Source: a virus. From it: DNA of 64,000 nucleotides. Location: IMG/VR virus record IMGVR_UViG_3300033153_008400, positions 1 through 64,000 of that record. One strand, written 5' to 3'. Shown piece after piece: positions 37,762 to 47,400 of this stretch. A program made the translations under genes and the position numbers. Within the stretch, counting starts at the first letter, position 1, and each line of letters opens with the position of its first letter. The notes under the pieces were generated by a model. The model ran no database searches. It was not told where the DNA came from and saw nothing but the letters and a program-made list of their open reading frames with translations.

Positions 37762-40700
37762 ATGATAGTATTATTAACTTTAACAACAGCAGGAACAGAT
37801 ACAGGACCATTTGATTTATATTCAAATGTAGATGATTTTATAACTCCTTTTGAAACAGGGATATTAAAAGCAACTCTTATAGCAGGGTATTCAACTACTG
37901 TGCCTGATGCTGCAACAGTTGTTAGAGTTCAATCTAATAATATTTGTACTAATTATAAAGATATTGTTTTATATAAACCACAATGTTCTCCTTTTGAGGG
38001 TACTGCAGGAGTTCAAACTTATTTTAATCAATATCTTGCACAAGTAATAGCCTTAGATAATTGTAATATTTTTTATTATGGTTATCAATCTTCATATGTT
38101 AACAATCCTGTTGATGAACTTACATATAATTCTAATAGAATTACACTCTTAGATACTTGTGGAAATATTAATCAATCATTTCAAATTAGTTTTGAAACTG
38201 GTTTAAATAGTGTGTATGCTTATACTAATGAAGGTATAGATTTTGATATTGATGGAAATCTTTATATAGGTGGTAATTTTACTACTGTACAAGGGCTTTC
38301 TTATGTAAGACTTGTAAAAATAAAACCTGATGGAACTATAGATTTAACATTTATAGTAGGTACAGGATTTACTGGAGGAGCAAATACAGTTTCCAGACCA
38401 TTTGTAGATGATGCTAATCAGAATGTTTGGGTAGGTGGTAATTATAATACTTATAATGGTTCAGGAGCTTTACAACTTGTAAAACTTGATATGTTTGGTG
38501 CTATAGATCCTTCCTTTACTTCTTTAGGATTTAATAATACAATAGAAGGAATATTAGAAGCTGGTGGTGGTAAAATATGGGTACATGGTTATTTCACTCA
38601 ATACAATTCAATAAACAGAGGTCACTTTATTTTATTGAATAAATCAGATGGTAGTGTAGATGAGAGTTTTGTTTGTCCAACGGGTCCTAATCAATATGGT
38701 AGCCCAGGGGAAGAACCAGCATGTGTAGTAACTGATGGAGATGATTTAATGTTTGTGAGCTTTTATGGAAATACCACATTTGATGGAGTATCTTGTCCAA
38801 GAGACATATTCAAGATAAAACGTAATGGTTCATTAGATGCTACTTTCTCAGCGAATGTAGGTACAGGATTTGATACAGGTGGAATGAGAGTTATTAATGA
38901 TGGTGGTAAATTTGTTATTACTTGTTATTTTACCAATACTACATTGAATGGTGTACCAATACCTAAAATAATTCGATTAAACAATGATGGTACTATAGAT
39001 AATGCCTTTAATTTTGATATGACATCTTGGGATCACTTCTGGGATATTACAAGAGCAGGAGATAATTATTATACAATTGCTTCACCTGGAGACGGTTGGG
39101 GATTAGAGTATCCAATACAAATAGATTTAGATGGTACTGCTAGATTACAAAATGGTTGTCCTGATGAGGATCCTTGTATCGTTACAACAACTACAACCAC
39201 AACTGCTGGTCCTACAACTACGACCACAACAACGACTGCAGCTCCAACTACTACAACGACGACAATTGCGCCAACTACAACTACCACAACTACGGCTAGT
39301 CCTACTACAACTACGACCACTACTATTAGTCCTACGACTACTACAACAACAACTGTGGCTCCAACTACGACTACCACTACAACGGCTAGTCCTACGACTA
39401 CAACCACTACTACGGTTGCACCTACAACGACTACTACCACGACTGTTAGTCCAACAACAACAACTACAACTACCGTAGCACCAACTACGACGACAACTAC
39501 TACAGTTGCTCCGACTACAACGACTACGACAACTGTAGCACCAACAACAACTACCACTACGACTGTAGCGCCTACTACGACGACTACAACAACGATAGCG
39601 CCTACAACTACGACGACTACAACTGTGGCACCTACGACTACAACTACAACTACTGTTAGTCCTACAACTACGACGACCACTATTGCACCAACAACTACGA
39701 CTACAACTATAGCTCCGACTACGACTACGACTACTCTTAGTCCAACGACGACAACTACGACTAGTGCTGCGGCGCCTACTACGACTACAACAACTTCTTG
39801 TGAAGTTTTCCCAGATGGTAATTATTCTGAATTTGAATCTAGTGGAGCTGTAACAACGACTGGTGGAACTCAATTAGCTCTTGATGGTGATGAAGTATTT
39901 GAAGAAGTAACTATACCATTTACTTTTGATTTTTATGGTAACCCATTTACAAGTGTATGGGTTACAGATAATGGATATATGTCTTTTGATGAAATTGATG
40001 GTACAGATTATACTCCTACAGCATTACCTTGGGAGGATCCTAATAGTGGAGACCAATATAAGAACATGTTATTCCCTTATTTCTATGACATGGCTGTAGA
40101 AAATACTTATGGTTATTATATTTACAAGATTACAGAAGGAGTAACTCCTAATAGAGTTTTTGTATTGAGATATGAAAATACTAATTATGATAATAGAGAA
40201 ACTCCAGGTTTACCTGTAATTTTTGAAGTTAGATTATCAGAAACTTCAAATTTAATAGAATATAGATATGGAGTTAGAACAGGAGATGATGCTGGTGATA
40301 TGACTATAGGTGTACAAGAAAATGGAGGAGCTCATTATACTGAGTATGCTGACAGTAGTAATATTGTACCAGGAAAATCACTTATATATTCTCCTAATAC
40401 TTGTTATACACAACCAACAACTACTACGACAACTACTAATCCTTTAGCTCCTTTACTGATACTTAAGACATCTGGTGGATTTACAGGAGATTATAGTCTT
40501 ACTGATAATTATAGTTCTTTCCCATTGGAAGGTGGAAGTGGTATTGTAAATACAGGAGGAACAATAGATTGGGCAATAGATGATACTTTTGGTATTGAAC
40601 ATGTTTATGGAGATCAGCCTAATGATCCTGTTGATGTAATGGACTTTAGTAGTAACCCAGGAGAGATAACAATAACAATGTCTAATGTTCTTGATATGTC

Positions 40701-41814
40701 ATATATAAATCTGAATTACTATTCAGAGCTTACATACATTGAAGCTAAATATCTTCCTAATTTGACAACAATTATATCAGAAGCGTGTTATGTAGAAGAC
40801 TTAATTCTTACAGGAACTTCTAATTTAGAACATATAGAACTTCCAGCATCTAGTTCATATGGTAGTTTAAGTTCATTGACTTTATCACAATCATCTTTAA
40901 CTTATTTAGACCTTGATAATCATACTTTAATAACCTTTGATGCAAGTAATTGTACTGCTTTAGAGACTTTAAATTTACGTAGAAATAGTCTGACAAGTTT
41001 GACTCTTACAGGATTAACAAGTTTAACAGAATTACGTATAGATAATAATCCGTTTATAACTGGTCCTACTATGACAGGATTAACTGCTTTAGAAATTTTA
41101 TATGTAGATAATAATACTGTAATGACTTCATTTAGTATCGCAGCTTGTACAGGTTTATTACAATATCGTGGTGATAAAAATTATACTTTAACATCCTTGA
41201 GTTTCTCAGCAAATACTTTATTAACTTATGTAGATTGTTCTCAGAATTCAGTATTAACCTCTTTAGACTTTGTTAATAATACTGCTTTACTTACTCTTTT
41301 AGTTGATGCTTGTAATCTTTCAACTTTAACAAATGTGAAAAGTACTGTATTGACTAATATAAATTGTGGTAATAATTCAAGTCTTACTACACTTGATCTT
41401 AGTCTTTGTACAGCACTTACTTCATTCTCCTTTGCAAATTCAGGATTATTAGATATGGATCTTACAGCAAATACATTATTAGAAACAATGTATGGTGCTG
41501 GAAGTGATTTACAAGATATAGACCTTACAACATTAGATGTTCTTACATCATTTACAATGAATGATTGTGATTTAGGTTCTGGGGCTGGTATCGATTTAAC
41601 TGGATGTGATGTTTTAGCTTTTGTAAATGTAGAAGGAAATAGTATGACTCCTGCAATGACAGATCAATTGTATATTGATTTAGCAGCAGGAACAGTAGAT
41701 TCAGGTACTTTAATATGTAGAAACAATAGAACAGCAGCTAGTGATGCTGCTCGTGCAACATTATTAGGAGCACCAAGAGGTCCTTGGACTATTCAAGATT
41801 TTTATTCAACATAA
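37762..41814 (+). CDS. Large adhesin-like virion protein: GPF module, delta-60-like beta-propeller, mucin-like Thr stalk, NIDO-like domain, leucine-rich repeats
   Basis: GGNFT...DGTIDLTF repeats; ~200-aa T7-VAP repeat; IPFTFDFYG...TDNGYMSF; L..L.LxxN LRRs. Confidence 0.75.
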   Translation: MIVLLTLTTAGTDTGPFDLYSNVDDFITPFETGILKATLIAGYSTTVPDAATVVRVQSNNICTNYKDIVLYKPQCSPFEGTAGVQTYFNQYLAQVIALDNCNIFYYGYQSSYVNNPVDELTYNSNRITLLDTCGNINQSFQISFETGLNSVYAYTNEGIDFDIDGNLYIGGNFTTVQGLSYVRLVKIKPDGTIDLTFIVGTGFTGGANTVSRPFVDDANQNVWVGGNYNTYNGSGALQLVKLDMFGAIDPSFTSLGFNNTIEGILEAGGGKIWVHGYFTQYNSINRGHFILLNKSDGSVDESFVCPTGPNQYGSPGEEPACVVTDGDDLMFVSFYGNTTFDGVSCPRDIFKIKRNGSLDATFSANVGTGFDTGGMRVINDGGKFVITCYFTNTTLNGVPIPKIIRLNNDGTIDNAFNFDMTSWDHFWDITRAGDNYYTIASPGDGWGLEYPIQIDLDGTARLQNGCPDEDPCIVTTTTTTTAGPTTTTTTTTAAPTTTTTTIAPTTTTTTTASPTTTTTTTISPTTTTTTTVAPTTTTTTTASPTTTTTTTVAPTTTTTTTVSPTTTTTTTVAPTTTTTTTVAPTTTTTTTVAPTTTTTTTVAPTTTTTTTIAPTTTTTTTVAPTTTTTTTVSPTTTTTTIAPTTTTTTIAPTTTTTTLSPTTTTTTSAAAPTTTTTTSCEVFPDGNYSEFESSGAVTTTGGTQLALDGDEVFEEVTIPFTFDFYGNPFTSVWVTDNGYMSFDEIDGTDYTPTALPWEDPNSGDQYKNMLFPYFYDMAVENTYGYYIYKITEGVTPNRVFVLRYENTNYDNRETPGLPVIFEVRLSETSNLIEYRYGVRTGDDAGDMTIGVQENGGAHYTEYADSSNIVPGKSLIYSPNTCYTQPTTTTTTTNPLAPLLILKTSGGFTGDYSLTDNYSSFPLEGGSGIVNTGGTIDWAIDDTFGIEHVYGDQPNDPVDVMDFSSNPGEITITMSNVLDMSYINLNYYSELTYIEAKYLPNLTTIISEACYVEDLILTGTSNLEHIELPASSSYGSLSSLTLSQSSLTYLDLDNHTLITFDASNCTALETLNLRRNSLTSLTLTGLTSLTELRIDNNPFITGPTMTGLTALEILYVDNNTVMTSFSIAACTGLLQYRGDKNYTLTSLSFSANTLLTYVDCSQNSVLTSLDFVNNTALLTLLVDACNLSTLTNVKSTVLTNINCGNNSSLTTLDLSLCTALTSFSFANSGLLDMDLTANTLLETMYGAGSDLQDIDLTTLDVLTSFTMNDCDLGSGAGIDLTGCDVLAFVNVEGNSMTPAMTDQLYIDLAAGTVDSGTLICRNNRTAASDAARATLLGAPRGPWTIQDFYST
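39181..39800 (+). repeat. Degenerate ~30-bp coding tandem repeat (TTTTTTT-V/I/A-A/S-P) x ~20
   Basis: ACN runs with mixed third positions. Confidence 0.9.
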
Positions 41815-41830
41815 TTAAATAATTTAACAA

Positions 41831-42148
41831 ATGGCAATAACAGTATTAATTACAATAACAGCAGCAGGAAATGACCTAGATAATTTTGGGTTATACTCTG
41901 ATACAGATGCTTATGTTACCCCTTTTGAGACAGGAGTGAGCAGAGTGCAACTGTTAGCAGGGTATATTTCTACAGTAGTACCAGATGGAACAACAATCAT
42001 TAGGGTAACCTCTACAGGTTTATGTACAAATAGTGCAGATATTACTATAAATGTGGTGACGACAACTACCACAACAACTGTTGCGCCAACGACGACAACG
42101 ACTACGACAGTAGCTCCAACAACCACCACAACAACTACAACCCCATAG
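41831..42148 (+). CDS. Stand-alone 'GPF'-like module with Thr repeats
   Basis: GNDLDNFGLYSD...PFETG...CTN; T7-VAP tail. Confidence 0.7.
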   Translation: MAITVLITITAAGNDLDNFGLYSDTDAYVTPFETGVSRVQLLAGYISTVVPDGTTIIRVTSTGLCTNSADITINVVTTTTTTTVAPTTTTTTTVAPTTTTTTTTP

Positions 42149-42162
42149 GGCTAATTGTTTAA

Positions 42163-42194
42163 TTTGGTTTGTGTAAAACTATTATTTATCTTTA
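42163..42194 (+). promoter_or_regulatory. Possible Bacteroidota-type promoter
   Basis: TTTG, 20-nt spacer, TATCTTTA (one mismatch to TAnnTTTG). Confidence 0.45.
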
Positions 42195-42213
42195 CCTTAA
42201 TAAAAATTAAAAG

Positions 42214-42942
42214 ATGGCAACAGGAAGAAAATTAGTATCAGATGTAAGGTCAATGCATAAGCTTATCAGTGCTGATGCATCTATTACAGACCGTGCTATT
42301 TTATCTGAAGTTAGGAATAATTCACTTCTACTTATTAAACGAGAAACTAATCTTAGGAAACTTTGGGCTACTGATACTCTTTTTACTACATTGCCATGTT
42401 TAGAGATGATAGAAGTTCCTGTTTCAGAGTGTTGTGGGTATGTTGATGATCAGAAAATTGCAAGAACTAAATATAAAATACCTAATATAGCTGAAGGTAA
42501 TTATCAGTATGTTATCCAAGGAGTTTATTCTATTAATGCTCTTGGTGGCAGAGGTACAAAAATAAAAGAAATAACTATTAACAGATATATCAATTTATTA
42601 GAATTAGCCAAACGTAAGATAGAAATGTACTATATGATAATTAATGATTATTTATATATTACAAATCCAAATATTCAGGCAATTAGATTATCAGCATTAT
42701 TTACAGGAGAAGTATCTAATGATCTGCTTTACCCTGATTGCTGTTGTGGAGAGGAAATTACTTCTAAAGATGATATATGTATAAATCCACTAGACAAAGA
42801 GTTTCCTTTGCCTGGGTACTTAGAAGAACAAGTATTGAAACTAACTTCGATAAGATTATTAGAAAGTTATTTTAGACTTAAAACAGATATTGCAGCAGAT
42901 GGTATAGATGGACAAGCTCCTAATGCGCCTAACTTAAAGTAA
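42214..42942 (+). CDS. Tail ring protein
   Basis: YYMIINDYLYITN...CINPLDKEFPLP; synteny. Confidence 0.65.
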   Translation: MATGRKLVSDVRSMHKLISADASITDRAILSEVRNNSLLLIKRETNLRKLWATDTLFTTLPCLEMIEVPVSECCGYVDDQKIARTKYKIPNIAEGNYQYVIQGVYSINALGGRGTKIKEITINRYINLLELAKRKIEMYYMIINDYLYITNPNIQAIRLSALFTGEVSNDLLYPDCCCGEEITSKDDICINPLDKEFPLPGYLEEQVLKLTSIRLLESYFRLKTDIAADGIDGQAPNAPNLK

Positions 42943-42943
42943 T

Positions 42944-43423
42944 ATGAGAACAGCAGTAGATTGGATATCCTATGGAAGAAAGAATTATAAAGAATTTTGT
43001 ATAGGGAATCCAGAAATTAAACTTACATATGACGAATGGAGAAATATTCTTTATACGTTTAGTGAACAGTTTAAATTTTATATATTAGAAACAGGAGAAA
43101 AAGCGAGATTGCCGTTTGGTTTTGGAGATTTCGCAATAGGAAAGAAGAAAAGGAGAAGGATGAAAGGTCCTAATGACGAGTTCATCAATCTCCCAGTAGA
43201 CTGGAAGAAAACTAAAGAAAAGGGGAAGAAGATCTATAACTTCAACTATCATACAGAAGGATACTTCTTTGGTTGGCTGTGGTTTAAAAAGACAATCTTG
43301 TTTAAGAATTCTAAATTATGGTACTTTAAACCCTCAAGAGTTACTTCTAGGTTATTAGCACATTATATTCATTCAGATAAAAAGTATATGAATATATATC
43401 AAGAGTGGGATGCTAAAATGTAA
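42944..43423 (+). CDS. IHF-like protein of the crAss-like tail module
   Basis: RLPFGFGDFAI...VDWKKTKE...YNFNYHTEGY. Confidence 0.7.
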   Translation: MRTAVDWISYGRKNYKEFCIGNPEIKLTYDEWRNILYTFSEQFKFYILETGEKARLPFGFGDFAIGKKKRRRMKGPNDEFINLPVDWKKTKEKGKKIYNFNYHTEGYFFGWLWFKKTILFKNSKLWYFKPSRVTSRLLAHYIHSDKKYMNIYQEWDAKM

Positions 43424-43497
43424 GTCAGAGAATAAGTGTCGCTTACGTCATGTTTATGGTAATAGATGTGTTTTATACACTTTTATAAATTAAGATT

Positions 43498-44448
43498 ATG
43501 TCATATTACTATAAGTACAATTTCACATCACCTAAACCAACCTATGCAATTGTAAAGGAAGAGTTAAAAAGTTATTTTGATACAGGTGCAGTAGATGATT
43601 TAATGTTTCCTACTTATCTCACTAAATGCTTAACCAAACTCAGCAGAGCTACAAAGCCTATTGATGAAGTACCTTTATTCATAGTGGACTTTGAAGCAAG
43701 ACTTCCAGATAATTTTCATGCTGCACGCGAAGTATGGATGTGTGCAGAAATAAATATGAGTCCTTTTCAAGACTCTAGTTCATTCTATTCTCAAACAGGA
43801 ACTTGTAGTATGCAAATATCTCCTATGATCGTAGATGGGAATACTTGTGATGGTAATTGTGATTGTCCTACTTGTCCTGACTGTGCAGATGAAGAAGTTA
43901 CTCAGGCTGTGTATAAGAATACGAATATTACTGATAGAGTGTTCAGACAAATGTATCTTTTAAAACCTGGGAATATTTCAGTTAGAAATGATTGTTCAGT
44001 AAATTATTACAGAAATTGGACTAGATATGGTCAAACACCTGGAGCTAACCAAATAGATTCATTCGATATCAGAGATAATAAATTGCAGACTAATTTTAGG
44101 AATGGAACAGTTCATTTGATCTTCTATGCAGAAGATTCTGATAAATGTGGAAATCAACTTATACCAGATAATTATCGTATCAAAGAATATGTTGAAGCAT
44201 TTATCAAATACAAAGTCTTTGAGATGCTTTCTAATCAAATAAATGATGAGACCTTTAATCAGATTCATCAGAAAATGCTTTATTATAAACAACTTTCTGA
44301 TGAGGCATATATTTTAGCTGATATAGAAGTCAAGAAAGAAACTATTGAGAAGAAAATCAGGAAAATAAAAAAAGATAAGAGAAGATTAAATAAGTATGAA
44401 AGAATAACTTCTTCAGGATATGGTTCATCTATTAAACGTAGTATCTAA
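43498..44448 (+). CDS. Tail tubular / ring protein
   Basis: ARLPDNF...TNFRNG.V.LIFYA...LIPDN; directly precedes the muzzle. Confidence 0.7.
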   Translation: MSYYYKYNFTSPKPTYAIVKEELKSYFDTGAVDDLMFPTYLTKCLTKLSRATKPIDEVPLFIVDFEARLPDNFHAAREVWMCAEINMSPFQDSSSFYSQTGTCSMQISPMIVDGNTCDGNCDCPTCPDCADEEVTQAVYKNTNITDRVFRQMYLLKPGNISVRNDCSVNYYRNWTRYGQTPGANQIDSFDIRDNKLQTNFRNGTVHLIFYAEDSDKCGNQLIPDNYRIKEYVEAFIKYKVFEMLSNQINDETFNQIHQKMLYYKQLSDEAYILADIEVKKETIEKKIRKIKKDKRRLNKYERITSSGYGSSIKRSI

Positions 44449-47400
44449 TGGCTAAGAAAAAAAGCAATGAGACTTCTAGTAAAAACAAGAGTCTTACCAA
44501 TATCATAAAAGAATATAACATAGCCAGACTGGGTATGGATATGGATAGCAGTACTGCTCAGATTGTGAAAGGTAAGCTTTCTTATGCTTTGAATGCTGTT
44601 GTTGAGAACTTTGATGCTAATTCTATTAATTATCAGAATGAACCTGGTAATATTTTTTGCTTAGATTTCCCTGAAGATTATATCTTAATAGGAAGATACT
44701 TCATAAATGAACAATATAAGCACATATTCTTTTTAACTAATCCAATCACAGGAAACAGCCAAATAGGATACATGGTCAACAATGATTGTGTATATCATAT
44801 ATTGGTAAAAGATCCTTGCTTAGGATTTGATGTTAATTTCCCTATACATAAAGTAGTACATAAGATTACCAACTGTTCTACAGAAATATATTGGACAGAT
44901 AATATAGCTAGAAGATATTTAGATATTGACAATATACCATATAAATTATTAAGTGGTACTGCTGCTTGTGATCCAATTTATTCAGATACAATAGATTGTA
45001 ATCAGCTTAAAGTTCAACCAAATTTTACAGTACCATCATTAGAGATAGTAGGAGTTAGTGCAGGAGGAGACCTCATCAGTGGTACCTATCAATTTGCTAT
45101 ACAGTATGCTGATGCCGTAGGTGAACCTTTGACATCTTATTATTCTATTACAAACCCTTGTCCTATAAATGACCCATTTACAGTAAGTGTAAATTATAAT
45201 ACTCCTGTAGGAAAATCAATTACAGTCAGAGCAGGTAACCTCGATACCTCAGGACAGTTTGAATATTTTAATTTAGCTGTAATCAAGACAATAAATAATA
45301 TTGCAGAAGTTGAGCTCGTCGGTACATACTCTCTCCCAGGGTTAACGAAGGATATTACTTACTCTGGTGCTAATAAAATATTAATTCCATTAGCAATAGC
45401 TGATATAACAGAGAAATTTCCATATTATGATCAAGCCGATGACATAACCACAGCTAGAGATATCCTTATATGGAAGGGACTAACTACTATTGATAGAATT
45501 AATTATCAATCAATTGCCAGTGATATAACATTGGATTGGGAGACACACCGTATTCCTGCTGATGAAAACTATGCAGATGAATTGAATGCTACAAATATGA
45601 GAGGTTACCTTAGAGATGAGGTATATCCTTTTGAAATAGTATTCATCTTAACCAATGGTAGACAAACTGATGGATTTCATATCCCAGGGAGAGAGATCTC
45701 CAGAGAGGAAAGTATTACACCTGAAGTATCTACAGCAAATGCTGATTTTATAGGACCTCCTGAGAGAATGTCAGGTGATATAGGATATAGTCCTTATTGG
45801 AAGATATACAATACTGCTAGTGTTACTGGGTATTCCCCAGGTAAACAAGATACTGATGATTATAAAGGGCCTTATCAATATGGTAAGTTCGCGTACTGGG
45901 AATCTAATGATGAGTACTCATGTAATGAAGATTTATGGGGAGACTTAGCAGGAAAGAAGATACGTCACCATAAATTTCCTGATGTAAATGTTTCTCCTAT
46001 TAATGAATCTTCTCCATTTACTACTTCTGAAGGAATGGTAATGGAAGATACTGCTATATATCCGATAGGTGTTAGAATTAGTTTAGATCAGGTAAATACT
46101 CTTATCAAACATTCAAATCTTTCTCAAGCACAGAAAGATGAGATTGCTGGTATAAAAATCATTAGAGGTAACAGAGGAACTAATAAGTCAATTATCGGTA
46201 AAGGTATTTTGCGTAATGTAGGAAAATATGGAAGAGAAGGAGAAGAATATTATTTCCCTAATTATCCTTACAATGATATAAGTGAAGATCCTTTTTTAAA
46301 TAAAATTAATAATGCTTGGTCTGCAGAATGTGATCAGTATATAATTGAAATAACTGAACTTGTAGAAGGAAAAGCTATTGTAACTTATAAAAATTGTGAT
46401 AATAATAAATCTGATACCAAGACATATGATAGTATAGGAATTCAAGAACCATTATGCTCTATAGGATTTCCTGTATTGAATGCTCCAGGCACTGTAAAAA
46501 TAGCTAATTATGAAATATGGAAAATCAATTCACATGAAGTATGGACATGGCATTTGATTCCTCCTCATTATGGGCCAAGTTTTTGTGCAGGATGGAAAGC
46601 AGAATGGATAAATGCTTCAGGAGAAGTACAGCAAGAATGGGTAGAAGGGTGGCCTACTTTTTCTTCATATGATATAGAAGTACTTCCAGGCACAGAACCT
46701 AAATGTATAGATGGATGTAGTCATTGTGGTAAATATATTAGTGATGGTCCTGTTAGTACGGTAGAAGGAACAGGTGCTTGTGATGATGAAACTCCTATGG
46801 ATCCAATAGAAGAATTAGATACTTTACGTCAAGTATTCAACTCACCTGAGACTTCGTTCGGTCAACCATTTTTAGGTAGTGTACTTAAATTAGAGAATGT
46901 ACTCTTTGGTAGAGGTAAAGCTCATTTTGTAGAGGTTAAAGATAATGCTAAGTATAAGTTACTTTCAATAGAAGCTCAACAAGATGCTGTAGAAGCTTCT
47001 GAAACTATAGGTTTAATAACTGATCCGTTTAATCCAGGTGGTTTTTTTGTATCATATCAAGCATACATGGAGATTTATATTAAGAGTATCTCAAGAAAGA
47101 ATTATGCTTATTCGTATAATTCTATTGCTAGTTATAACTACAATAAGAGTATACCTAATGGTTTAGGAATAAAACAAAGAAATTTAGACATTTATAGATA
47201 TTTAATTCCTGGAGTACAATCAATCGGAGAAGATATAACTATCAATAATTATAACAGAGAATCTTCAGTATTTTTAAAAACTGATGAAGAAGTATCTCAA
47301 TTACCTTTTCCTAAAGATAGCCTAAATATGCTTCCAACAGGAGTAGAGGATATTTCTAGGCACACTTTGTCAGAGAAAGAAAATTGTTCAACTCCTGCAT

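Noticed and set aside
39181-39800. CRISPR array or DGR template/variable repeat
   Set aside because: It is a degenerate in-frame coding repeat with no unique spacers. Variation is at synonymous third positions rather than adenine-specific, and no reverse transcriptase or cas gene is seen.
39069-39873. Val-rich, Cys/Ser/Arg-rich and Leu/Gln-rich ORFs (also 41911-42129, 49397-49757, 28313-28822)
   Set aside because: These are shadow frames of ACN-rich Thr repeats, which lack stops in alternative frames.
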